DNA of 64,000 nucleotides, taken from the NCBI GenBank assembly GCA_964469955.1, contig CAYXZK010000005.1, forward strand, positions 47,410-111,409, in the 5' to 3' direction. This document shows positions 18,894-28,698 of the stretch, piece by piece. Position 1 is the stretch's first letter. Every line of letters starts with the position of its first letter. Source of the stretch: an uncultured Candidatus Saccharibacteria bacterium. GTDB lineage: Bacteria; Patescibacteriota; Minisyncoccia; Minisyncoccales; GWA2-38-27. The position numbers and the translations under genes are program-made. The notes beneath the pieces are model-generated. The model was not told the DNA's origin, did not search any database, and saw nothing but the letters and a program-made list of their open reading frames with translations.

Positions 18894-21161
18894 TTATATT
18901 TTTTTCCATCCCTCTTCATCAATTTGCGGCTCCCCTTCTTCAATGGTTTGGGTTTGAGCAACAGCATATATCTCTCGCGGCTTTGCTCCATCCGCAGGCC
19001 CGACTAATCCTTTTTCTTCTAAAATATCAATTAATCTCGCTGCCCTAGCGTAACCAATTCGCAATCTTCTTTGCAGTAAAGAAGCTGACGCTTTATTGGC
19101 TTCTATTACAACTCTTTTTGCTTCTTCGTAGAGAGGATCTTCATCGCCGTAAAATTCATTTGATCTTTCTTCCCTATCTTCATGAATTTTCTCTATTTCT
19201 TGAACCAAATCAGGCTCTGCTTCTATTTTATTCTCTCTTTTTTCTTCTTCTAAAATTATATGAGCAATAACTTTTTTAACCTCTCTTTCTGATACATAGG
19301 AACCTTGCACTCTCTTTGGTTTAATTATATTAGCTGATATATAAAGCATATCTCCAAAACCCAATAACTTCTCCGCCCCAGCTGTATCTAAAACAGTTCT
19401 TGAATCAACTTGAGAAGCAACTTGAAAAGTAATTCTAGAAGTTATATTTGCCTTAATTAAACCTGTTATAACTTCAACAGAAGGTCTTTGCGTAGCAACC
19501 ACTAAATGAATTCCGGCTGCCCGCGCCATTTGAGCAAGTCTAACTATCTCTGCTTCAATTTCTCTGCCTTTAGCAACCATTAAATCAGCTAATTCGTCAA
19601 TAATGATAACGATGAAGGGTAAAACAGACGTCCCGCTTTTAAGCGCTTTTTCGTTATATGAATAAATATTTCTTGTTTTTGCCTCCGCCAATAGGTCGAA
19701 TCTTCTCTCCATTTCTTTGATTAACCATTTTAAAGCATTAAGAGCTTGAGTCGCGTTATAAATTATTGGACATAAAAGATGAGGGAGATTGCCATATATA
19801 GAAAATTCAACTCTCTTAGGATCAATTAATATAAGTCTTAAATTTTCAGGGCTAGAACTTCTAGCGCCAATGCTTGGTTGATATAAAAGACTTTGAATCA
19901 AAGAATTAAGAAAAATTGTTTTACCGGTTCCAGTACTTCCAGCAACTAAAAGATGAGGCATTTTAGCTAAATCGGCATAAATAGGAGCGCCTGAAACATC
20001 TCTGCCTAACGCAATAATTAAATTTGATGAGAATTTTTCAAATTCTTTATTTTCTATTAAATTTCTTAATTTTACTTGAGCGCGAATTTTATTCGGAATC
20101 TCAATTCCAACTAAAGATCTCCCCGGCACAGGAGCCTCTATTCTTATTGGATGGCTTGCTAAAGCTAAAGATAAATCATTAGAAAGATTTGTTATTTTGG
20201 ACAGCTTCACTCCTTCTGATGGCTTTAAAGTATATTGGGTTACTGTTGGCCCTATATTTATTTCTGACATCGTAACATCAATGTCAAAATTTTCCAAAGT
20301 CTTTTTTATTATCGCCGAATTCAATTTAGTATCTCCGCTACTAGGAACGCCGCGTTCAGGCTCCAATAGATTAATTGGAGGTGGTTGATAAGAAGAAGCT
20401 CTAATTCCTGTTGTTGGCTTATTCTCTATCTTTAAAGAATCTATTTGTTTTTCTTCCTTAATTCCTTGATCGTAACTAATTTCGTCTGTTGGAACTTCTT
20501 TTACTTTAAATTTTGGAGCAAAAAATTTTTTGATAATTGAGGGCTTAGGAACATCTTCTTGAATGTCTTTAGAAAATGTATCTTCTTTTGCTTTAGATAA
20601 ACCAAAACAAGAACGTAAAAAATAATAAAAAATCAAAAGACCAATAGCTATTAAAGCTAAGAATATAATTTGAGTTACCCAAAATCCAGAAAATTTCAAA
20701 AACGGCCAACTTAAAATATATCCCCACAATCCACCTTTTCTAAGAACAGGGTCGAAAGAATTAACCATACCAGTCAATCCAGAAATTAATATTAAAATTG
20801 ACAATATTATTGGCCAAAAAATATTTTGTTTTTCTTTAAAAGTTTCTGGCCTATGCCTTGAAGCTAAAAAAATAAATCCAGCTAATATAAAAACTAGCGG
20901 AGTTATAAAAATTATTTCTCCGATTAAAAACCGCGCGCTTTCCATGAAAAATTTTCCAACCGACCCAGCTTGATTAAAAAAACTTAAAGTTATGATTAAC
21001 GCTAACAAAATCGCAAAAATTCCCCAAATCTTTTGAGTAATCTCGTTTGGCAAAGAAAATCTCTTTAGTTTTTTCTCTTCCGTAAAAGAATTTCTGTTTT
21101 TTTTCTTATTTTTCTTATTTTTTTTAGACAATAAAAATAATGAACAGCGAAAAATAAGCAA
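18894..21161 (-). CDS. ftsK: DNA translocase FtsK/SpoIIIE (true start may be the TTG at 21131)
   Basis: N-terminal TM helices, PHLLVAGSTGTGKT, IIDELADLM, ATQRPS, C-terminal gamma domain LQRRLRIGYARAAR. Confidence 0.96.
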   Translation of the reverse strand: MLIFRCSLFLLSKKNKKNKKKNRNSFTEEKKLKRFSLPNEITQKIWGIFAILLALIITLSFFNQAGSVGKFFMESARFLIGEIIFITPLVFILAGFIFLASRHRPETFKEKQNIFWPIILSILILISGLTGMVNSFDPVLRKGGLWGYILSWPFLKFSGFWVTQIIFLALIAIGLLIFYYFLRSCFGLSKAKEDTFSKDIQEDVPKPSIIKKFFAPKFKVKEVPTDEISYDQGIKEEKQIDSLKIENKPTTGIRASSYQPPPINLLEPERGVPSSGDTKLNSAIIKKTLENFDIDVTMSEINIGPTVTQYTLKPSEGVKLSKITNLSNDLSLALASHPIRIEAPVPGRSLVGIEIPNKIRAQVKLRNLIENKEFEKFSSNLIIALGRDVSGAPIYADLAKMPHLLVAGSTGTGKTIFLNSLIQSLLYQPSIGARSSSPENLRLILIDPKRVEFSIYGNLPHLLCPIIYNATQALNALKWLIKEMERRFDLLAEAKTRNIYSYNEKALKSGTSVLPFIVIIIDELADLMVAKGREIEAEIVRLAQMARAAGIHLVVATQRPSVEVITGLIKANITSRITFQVASQVDSRTVLDTAGAEKLLGFGDMLYISANIIKPKRVQGSYVSEREVKKVIAHIILEEEKRENKIEAEPDLVQEIEKIHEDREERSNEFYGDEDPLYEEAKRVVIEANKASASLLQRRLRIGYARAARLIDILEEKGLVGPADGAKPREIYAVAQTQTIEEGEPQIDEEGWKKI

Positions 21162-21239
21162 ATATCAATAATTAATGATTAATGCTTGCGTATCCTTTGT
21201 TGTTCTTTTAGGGTCCTTCTTATTATTATAGCATCTTTC

Positions 21240-24200
21240 TTATTTCTTAAAACCAGTGCCGCAAGGAACTAATTTCCCGATTATCACATTTTCTTTTAAA
21301 CCGTGCAATTTATCTTCTTTGCCCTCAAGAGCTGCTTTTATCAAAACTTTTGATGTTTGTTGGAAAGAAGCAGAAGATAAAAACGAATCTGTGGTAAGAG
21401 CCACGCGAGATATTCCTAATAAAACAGGAACAGATACCGCCATTTCTTTGTTCTCTTTTTTAAGAATTGCGTTTTCTTCTAAAAATTCTGCTTTTTCTAC
21501 AACCTGATCAATTCCAAAAGAACTGTCGCCGGGGTTCTTAATTTTTACACGAGAAAACATTTGACGTGTTATAACTTCAACATGTTTGTCATGAATAATA
21601 GCTCCTTGGGTAACATAGATATTTTGTATTTCGTTTAAAATATACCTTTTGGCCTGTTCCTCCCCTTTTATCTTAAACACCTCTTTCAGGTCCAAGCTAC
21701 CTTCGCAAAGCTGCTGCCCTATTTTAATATCTTGTCCTTTTGATACAAAAATCGCTGACTTATGCGGTATTTTATATTCCACAATTTCTTCTTTTTCTTT
21801 TTTATTTCTCGCTAATTTGCTTTTATCTCTATTTTTTGTCTCAATATTCATTTTAGCATCTGAGATATTGCCAGCTTTATCTTTAACCCTAATCCTAATT
21901 ATTTTATCATCTGTTATATCAACAACTTTCCCTTCTACATTAGAAATTTCAGCTTTTCCTCCGGGTATTCTTGCTTCAAAAACCTCTTGGACTCTTGGTA
22001 GTCCTTGCGTGATATCAGCTCCTCCGACAACTCCACCGGTGTGAAATGTTCTAAGGGTTAATTGCGTCCCCGGCTCACCAATTGATTGAGCAGCTATAAT
22101 TCCAACCGCTTTTCCTAATTTAACTAATTTATTCAAGCCAAAATCCCAACCATAACATTTCTGACATATTCCTCGCACAGATTTACAAGTCAAAGGAGAC
22201 CTAACTCTAATTTTTTGAATTCCAGAATCAATAATTTTTTCTGCGGCGACCCAATCAATTATCTCTCCTTTTTTAACAACAACTTCTTCGCTTTTTAATT
22301 CTTTATCGCCAGCCATTGTTATCTTTTCTGTTTTGATGTCTTCTACAGAGGTTCTCCCTAAAATTTTATAAAGAAAATTCTGACCTATTTTATTAGAATC
22401 TTCTCTATAAATTTCAAGGCCTTCGTTATCCTTACAATCTTCTTCCATAACTATGGTTTCATGAGCAACATCAACAAGCCTTCTTGTTAAGTAGCCTGCC
22501 GTTGATGTCCTTAAAGCAGTGTCAGCCGTTCCTTTCCTAGCGCCATGAGTAGAGATAAAATATTCCAATACATTAAATCCTTCCTTAAAGGAACTTTTTA
22601 CAGGCAATTCCATGATTTGACCTGAAGGATTTATAACTAAACCTTTCATGCCTGCCATTTGAACTGGCTGAACCCAAGAACCTCTCGCGCCTGAATCTAT
22701 AATAGCAAAAACCGTGCCTGTCTTTGGCAAGCATTTAGGAACTAATTTTTCAATTTCTGACTTAGTCCTTGTCCAAACCTCTATGACCGTACTCGTTTTT
22801 TCAGCTCTAGTAAGCAATCCTTTTCTAAAGTGATCTTCTATTTTTGTTATTTCTTTTTCAGCTTTTTTAACAATCTCTTCCTTCTCTTTTGGGACGACTA
22901 AATCGTCCATTGCCCATGTCATCCCAGACAAAGTAGCATTTTCAAATCCTAGCGTTTTGATTTTATCCAAAGTCTCTTCAGCTGTTTCTTGGCCGTAATT
23001 TGAAATAATTTTAGCAACTATTTTTTCTATTTTCTTTGAATTCATTGACATATTCACAAAAGGATAATCTTCAGGCAATGATTCGTTAAACAAAATTCTC
23101 CCAGCAGAAGTCTCTATAATATCATTGAAACCGCTTGCTTCATTTGATAATTTTTTATCTTTATGATCAGAAGACTCATTCGTGCGAGTTTTGAAATCTA
23201 TCATTCTAACTTTAATCAATTCTCTCAATCCTATCTTCCCCAGATCGTAAGCCAAAAGCGCTTCCTCTGGGCTTGACATAATTTTTTGCTTTCTGCCTAA
23301 CTTTAAGTTCTCAACTTCTTGATCTTTACTATCATTTTTACCCAAATTTTTAATATCTGCTTGTTTCGGAATTTTAGTCATCCAATAGCACCCAAGCACA
23401 ATGTCTTGAGTAGGCAAAACAATTGGAGTGCCTGTTGTTGCTTTTAATAAATTAAGACTTGATAGCATTATTTCTTTTGCCTCTTTTTGGGCTTCACGAC
23501 TTAAGGGAAGATGAACTGCCATCTGATCGCCATCAAAATCAGCGTTAAATGCTTTACAAACCATTGGATGCAATCTTATAGATTCGCCTTCTATTAAAAC
23601 TGGTTGAAAAGCCTGGATTCCTAAATGATGCAAAGTAGGCGCTCTGTTTAACAAAACCAATTTGTCTTTGGCAACCTCCTCTAAAATTTCCCAAACTTCG
23701 TCTGTTTGTTGTTCTATCAACTTTGAGGCTCCTCTCACATTATAGACTAATTCTCTGTCTAAAATTTTCTTAATAACGAAAGGTTTAAATAGTTCTAAGG
23801 CCATTTTTTTAGGAAGTCCGCATTGGCGCAATTTGAGTTTTGGGCCAACTACAATTACAGATCTTCCTGAATAATCAACTCTTTTCCCTAAAAGATTTTG
23901 ACGAAATCTACCCTGTTTGCCTTTTAAAATATCAGCCAATGACTTTAAGAACCTTCTTCCTCCTGTTGTAGCGGTAGTCAAAACTCCTTTCCTCATCCCA
24001 TTGTCAATTAAAGAATCAACTGCTTCTTGCAACATTCTCTTTTCGTTCCTTATAATAACTTCAGGCGCGTCAATTTCTAAAAGATACTTAAGGCGGTTAT
24101 TTCTATTAATCACCCGTCTATAGAGATCATTCAAATCAGACGAGGCATAACGTCCGCCGTCTAATTGAACCATTGGTCTTAAGTCAGGCGGCAAAACAGG

Positions 24201-25061
24201 CAAAACTGTTATAAACATCCATTCTGGCCTAATATTAGCTTTAACCATTCCCTTAAAAGTCCTTAATCTTCTCCAAATTTTCTTTCTATTCGCAGGAATC
24301 GCTTCATCTGCTTCTTTCTTTAAGGACTTAATTTCTTTTTTTAAATCAATTTCCTCAAAAATCTTTTTTAATGCTTCTGCTCCAGTTCCAGCTACAAAAA
24401 TTTCTCCGTATTTTAAAGAAAGTTCGTAATACTCAACTTCAGAAATAATACTTAAAAATTTAATTTTTGAAATTTCTTCTTTGGCTTTTTCTCTCGCGTT
24501 TTTTAAATCTTCTAGTTTTGATTGCAATTTTGTTTTTTCCGCTACACTCATTTTAGCAATATCAGTATAAACTCCTTTTTGTTCTTTAATTTTTATCTTG
24601 TATTCTTTCTCAATCTCTTCCAAACATTTCTCCTTGGCTTCTTTGTCAACTTTAGTAATAATATAATTCGCGAAATAAATAACTTTTTCCAGTTGGTGCA
24701 TCGGAACATCTAAAATCATCCCCATTCTTGATGGAACTCCTCTCAAAAACCATATATGAGAAACCGGGCAAGCTAATTTGATATGGCCCATTCTTTCTCT
24801 TCTAACCGAAGATTTCGTGACTTCAACTCCACATCTGTCACACACAACTCCTTTATAGCGAATTCTTTTGTATTTCCCACAATAACACTCGTAATCTTTT
24901 GTGGGACCAAAAATCTTTTCGCAAAAAAGCCCATCTTTTTCTGCTTTTTGGGTTCTGTAATTAATTGTTTCAGGCTTAGTCACTTCTCCATGACTCCAAT
25001 TTAAAATATCGTCTGGTGAAGCAAGTTTTATTCTTATTGATTCTAAATCAGAAACACGCAT
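21240..25061 (-). CDS. rpoC: RNA polymerase subunit beta'
   Basis: NADFDGD catalytic motif, Zn-ribbon CYCGKY..CDRC, GKRVDYSGRS. Confidence 0.99.
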   Translation of the reverse strand: MRVSDLESIRIKLASPDDILNWSHGEVTKPETINYRTQKAEKDGLFCEKIFGPTKDYECYCGKYKRIRYKGVVCDRCGVEVTKSSVRRERMGHIKLACPVSHIWFLRGVPSRMGMILDVPMHQLEKVIYFANYIITKVDKEAKEKCLEEIEKEYKIKIKEQKGVYTDIAKMSVAEKTKLQSKLEDLKNAREKAKEEISKIKFLSIISEVEYYELSLKYGEIFVAGTGAEALKKIFEEIDLKKEIKSLKKEADEAIPANRKKIWRRLRTFKGMVKANIRPEWMFITVLPVLPPDLRPMVQLDGGRYASSDLNDLYRRVINRNNRLKYLLEIDAPEVIIRNEKRMLQEAVDSLIDNGMRKGVLTTATTGGRRFLKSLADILKGKQGRFRQNLLGKRVDYSGRSVIVVGPKLKLRQCGLPKKMALELFKPFVIKKILDRELVYNVRGASKLIEQQTDEVWEILEEVAKDKLVLLNRAPTLHHLGIQAFQPVLIEGESIRLHPMVCKAFNADFDGDQMAVHLPLSREAQKEAKEIMLSSLNLLKATTGTPIVLPTQDIVLGCYWMTKIPKQADIKNLGKNDSKDQEVENLKLGRKQKIMSSPEEALLAYDLGKIGLRELIKVRMIDFKTRTNESSDHKDKKLSNEASGFNDIIETSAGRILFNESLPEDYPFVNMSMNSKKIEKIVAKIISNYGQETAEETLDKIKTLGFENATLSGMTWAMDDLVVPKEKEEIVKKAEKEITKIEDHFRKGLLTRAEKTSTVIEVWTRTKSEIEKLVPKCLPKTGTVFAIIDSGARGSWVQPVQMAGMKGLVINPSGQIMELPVKSSFKEGFNVLEYFISTHGARKGTADTALRTSTAGYLTRRLVDVAHETIVMEEDCKDNEGLEIYREDSNKIGQNFLYKILGRTSVEDIKTEKITMAGDKELKSEEVVVKKGEIIDWVAAEKIIDSGIQKIRVRSPLTCKSVRGICQKCYGWDFGLNKLVKLGKAVGIIAAQSIGEPGTQLTLRTFHTGGVVGGADITQGLPRVQEVFEARIPGGKAEISNVEGKVVDITDDKIIRIRVKDKAGNISDAKMNIETKNRDKSKLARNKKEKEEIVEYKIPHKSAIFVSKGQDIKIGQQLCEGSLDLKEVFKIKGEEQAKRYILNEIQNIYVTQGAIIHDKHVEVITRQMFSRVKIKNPGDSSFGIDQVVEKAEFLEENAILKKENKEMAVSVPVLLGISRVALTTDSFLSSASFQQTSKVLIKAALEGKEDKLHGLKENVIIGKLVPCGTGFKK

Positions 25062-25120
25062 AAATTTAACAGGCGCTATTAATTTATTAATTATTTATCT
25101 TATAAAAATTCTTTTGAAAA

Positions 25121-28100
25121 CTAATCTTCTGCATGTTCATTGCTCTTTGGTTTTTCTTTCACCTCAATGCTTAATCCGAGAGATTTTAATTCTAAAACCA
25201 ACAAATTAAATGAAGCCGGAATGTTCGGGCTCTTTATTTGTTCCCCTTTTAAAATCTCTTCATAGGTTGTAGCTCTTCCAGAGACATCATCCGATTTAAT
25301 TGTCAACATTTCTTGTAAGCAATGCGCTGCTCCATATCCCTCTAAAGCCCAAACTTCCATTTCTCCAAATCTTTGCCCTCCAAACTGAGCCTTACCTCCT
25401 AACGGCTGTTGTGTAATTAAAGAATAAGGTCCGATTGATCTCATGTGAATTTTATCCTGAACCATGTGAATTAATTTAATCATATAAATATATCCAACCA
25501 TAACTCTATTAGAAAAAGGCAATCCAGTTCTTCCGTCATACAAAATAACTTTTCCGTCTTCAGCAAAACCTGCTTTTTTTAATTCCTGTTTTATGTCTTC
25601 ACTAGTCGCTCCAGACATAGGCGGAGTAATCGCGGTATAATTCAAATTTTTTGCAGCCAACCCAAGATGAGTTTCCAAAACTTGACCAAGATTCATTCTT
25701 GAAGACACGCCCAATGGGTTTAAAATAATATCAATTGGAGTTCCGTCTTCCAAAAATGGCATTTCTTCAATTGGAACTACTTTAGAGACAACACCTTTGT
25801 TTCCATGTCTACCCGACAATTTGTCGCCCGCTTGAACCTTTCTAATAACAGACACCTTAACTTCAATTCTTTTTATAACGCCTTGTTCTAATTTATGCCC
25901 ATTCTCTCTGGAAAAAATCTTTACGCCCGTTACTCTTCCCTTTTTCCCGTGTTCCATTAATAAAGAAGTATCTTTAATGTCTCTCGCCTTTTCTCCAAAA
26001 ATGGCTTTCAATAACCTCTCTTCGGCTGTCAGACCAGCTTCTCCTTTTGGAGAAATTTTTCCGACCAATATATCATTTGGCCCAACTTCAGCTCCAATTC
26101 TGATAATACCTTCTTCGTCCAAATCTTTTAATTTTTCTTCTGAAACATTTGGTATGTCGCAAGTAGTGATTTCAGGTCCTAATTTTGTTTCTCTAACATC
26201 GCACCTAAAACTTTCAATATGAATTGAAGTAAAATAATTATTTTTAACCAATCTTTCTGAAATAATAATAGCGTCTTCAAAGTTTAATCCTTGCCAAGAC
26301 ATAAATGCCACAAAAACATTTCTACCTAAAGCAAGCCTGCCTTTAGCTATCGCCCCGCCACTTGTCAAAACATCTCCTGCTTTGACTTTCTGCCCTTTTT
26401 CAACCAAAGGCCTTTGGTGAAAACAAGTATATTGGTTAGTTTTCAAAAAAGTTCTTAGATTATAAATTTTTGGTTTTGATTTTTTATTTCTAATTTCTAT
26501 CTGTTCAGCGTCAACTTCAGACACAACTCCATCTTCTTCGCATATAATTTCTTGGCCAGAATCTCTAGCAATTTTTTCTTCTATTCCAGAACAGACTAAA
26601 GGCGGTTCAGGATTGATCAAAGGGACAGCCTGTCTCTGCATAGTTGAACCCATAAGCGCTCTATTGGCGTCATCATTCTGCAAAAATGGTATAAGAGAAG
26701 TTCCAACAGAAAAACACTGTTCAGTAGAAACATCCATAAAATCTACTTTATTTTTATCAATCTCGCCTGGTTTTCCTTTTATCCTAGCTTCAACTTTTTT
26801 AGGAACAATTCTTCTTTGATCGTCAATTAGCGTATCTCCTGGGATAATATTGTATTTTTCATCTTCAAAAGCGCTTAAATATTCTATCTTACGCGTTATC
26901 TGTCCTTTTTCTACTCTAAAGTAAGGAGTTTCAATAAATCCATATTGATTAATCCTAAAAAAAGAAGAAAAGTGGTTAACCAATCCTATATTAGGACCTT
27001 CTGGAGTTTGAATTGGACATATTCTGCCATAGTGAGAAGGCTGGACATCTCTCACTTCAAAACCTGCTCTTTCTCTTGTTAGTCCGCCTGGACCAGTGGC
27101 AGATAATCTTCTTTTGTGTTCAAGTTCAGCCAACGGATTTTCGTTATCCATAAATTGACACAATTGAGATGAAGTAAAAAATTCCTTGACAACAGCCATC
27201 ACAGGACGAGCATTAACTAATTGAATAGGGGTTAGCGCGCGCGTCTCCAATGTTGACATTTTGTCTTTTATAATTCTTTCTGTTCGCATCAATCCAACCC
27301 TAAATCTATTTTGCAAGAATTCAGCTAAAGTTCTTACTCTTCGATTGCCTAAATGATCAATCTGATCAGGTTCAGACTCAGGATCGTTGCTTAGTCTTAT
27401 AATCTCTCTTATAACGGCTTTAATGTCTTCTACTTTTAAAATTCTATCTTCTGGTTTAATCTCTTTATCTTTGGGTGTCTGAATCTCTTCTAACCTTCTT
27501 CCCATTCTCCATCTGCCAACCTTAGACAAATCATACCTATCAAAGCTAAAAAAAGTATTTTCAATTAATTCTTTGGCAGTTTCAGGACTAGCTAAGTCTC
27601 CTGGCCTCAATCGTTTATAAACTTCAACCAAAGCATCTCTTTGGTTTTGAGTAATATCTTTTTTTAAGGTTTCTTCTATGTAATCAACATCTCCTTTATT
27701 AACATCTTTAAAAAAACTTTTAATTTGTTTATTATCCTCAACTCCAAAAGCTCTTAATAGAGTTGTCACGGCTACTTTTCTTTTTCTATCTATTTTTACT
27801 CCTATGAACCCAGTTGGATCTGTTTCAAATTCAAGCCAAGCCCCGCGATTAGGAATAATTTTTGCGCCAAAACATTTTTTACCGCGGGAATTTTGCAAGG
27901 TAAAAAAAATACCTGGAGAACGAATAAGTTGCGAGATACCAACCCTTTCAACTCCATTAATAATAAAAGTTCCCCTCTCTGTCATTAAGGGGAAGTCTGT
28001 TAGAAAAATTTCCTGATCTTTTGTTTCTTTTGTTTTAAGGTTAACTAATCTTGTTTTAACCCTTAGAGGGACTTCAAAAGAATCATTATTCTCTTTTGCT

Positions 28101-28321
28101 TCAAGATCATTTTTATATCTGCATTTGCCAAATTTATAATCCAAAAACCAAAGCTCAAGTTCCTTGCCAGAATAGTCTCTAATAGGAGAAATTTCAGAAA
28201 ATATTTCATTTAATCCTTTTTCGCAAAGCCATTTCCAACTTTCTTTTTGAAGAGTTAATAAATAAGGCAACGATAAAGAAATTTTTGATTTTGAAAAATC
28301 TTTTATTTTTATATTTTCCAT
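25121..28321 (-). CDS. rpoB: RNA polymerase subunit beta
   Basis: GDKLSGRHGNKG, TPEGPNIGL, GGQRFGEMEVWALE. Confidence 0.99.
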   Translation of the reverse strand: MENIKIKDFSKSKISLSLPYLLTLQKESWKWLCEKGLNEIFSEISPIRDYSGKELELWFLDYKFGKCRYKNDLEAKENNDSFEVPLRVKTRLVNLKTKETKDQEIFLTDFPLMTERGTFIINGVERVGISQLIRSPGIFFTLQNSRGKKCFGAKIIPNRGAWLEFETDPTGFIGVKIDRKRKVAVTTLLRAFGVEDNKQIKSFFKDVNKGDVDYIEETLKKDITQNQRDALVEVYKRLRPGDLASPETAKELIENTFFSFDRYDLSKVGRWRMGRRLEEIQTPKDKEIKPEDRILKVEDIKAVIREIIRLSNDPESEPDQIDHLGNRRVRTLAEFLQNRFRVGLMRTERIIKDKMSTLETRALTPIQLVNARPVMAVVKEFFTSSQLCQFMDNENPLAELEHKRRLSATGPGGLTRERAGFEVRDVQPSHYGRICPIQTPEGPNIGLVNHFSSFFRINQYGFIETPYFRVEKGQITRKIEYLSAFEDEKYNIIPGDTLIDDQRRIVPKKVEARIKGKPGEIDKNKVDFMDVSTEQCFSVGTSLIPFLQNDDANRALMGSTMQRQAVPLINPEPPLVCSGIEEKIARDSGQEIICEEDGVVSEVDAEQIEIRNKKSKPKIYNLRTFLKTNQYTCFHQRPLVEKGQKVKAGDVLTSGGAIAKGRLALGRNVFVAFMSWQGLNFEDAIIISERLVKNNYFTSIHIESFRCDVRETKLGPEITTCDIPNVSEEKLKDLDEEGIIRIGAEVGPNDILVGKISPKGEAGLTAEERLLKAIFGEKARDIKDTSLLMEHGKKGRVTGVKIFSRENGHKLEQGVIKRIEVKVSVIRKVQAGDKLSGRHGNKGVVSKVVPIEEMPFLEDGTPIDIILNPLGVSSRMNLGQVLETHLGLAAKNLNYTAITPPMSGATSEDIKQELKKAGFAEDGKVILYDGRTGLPFSNRVMVGYIYMIKLIHMVQDKIHMRSIGPYSLITQQPLGGKAQFGGQRFGEMEVWALEGYGAAHCLQEMLTIKSDDVSGRATTYEEILKGEQIKSPNIPASFNLLVLELKSLGLSIEVKEKPKSNEHAED

Positions 28322-28634
28322 AAATAAACAAAATAAAATAACTTCACGAACAAAAAACGCATTTTACGTAAGCGTTTTCAAGATTGAGGAAATCAAGAAT
28401 ATTTTCTATTTATAATATTAATATTTTTGAAATATAAAATATTTTTTAACAAAAACCTATTTTTCAAACAATCAAATTTTTCCTCTGGAATAAATCCTGT
28501 TTCTAAATTCTGAATACCTAAGAATCAATTAAAAAATTCCAAAATTCCATTTTACAAAAACAAAACACCTTGCAACGATTTTTAGGCGCAAAGAGAATTC
28601 AGCGCAATTTAATTAATTTCTTAAAGCGTTTTAA

Positions 28635-28663
28635 ATTTTATTATTTTTTAAGAAATTTGTCAA
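28635..28663 (-). promoter_or_regulatory. Sigma70-type promoter for rpoBC (~300-nt leader)
   Basis: TTGACA-17 bp-TAAAAT on the minus strand. Confidence 0.6.
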
Positions 28664-28698
28664 CCCCTTGTCTAATACTTTTCAATAAAATTCTTTTT

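Noticed and set aside
21240-28321. Inteins or introns in rpoB, rpoC or recA
   Set aside because: ORFs are continuous and of normal size; the rpoC inserts are short Lys/Asn-rich loops without Hint motifs
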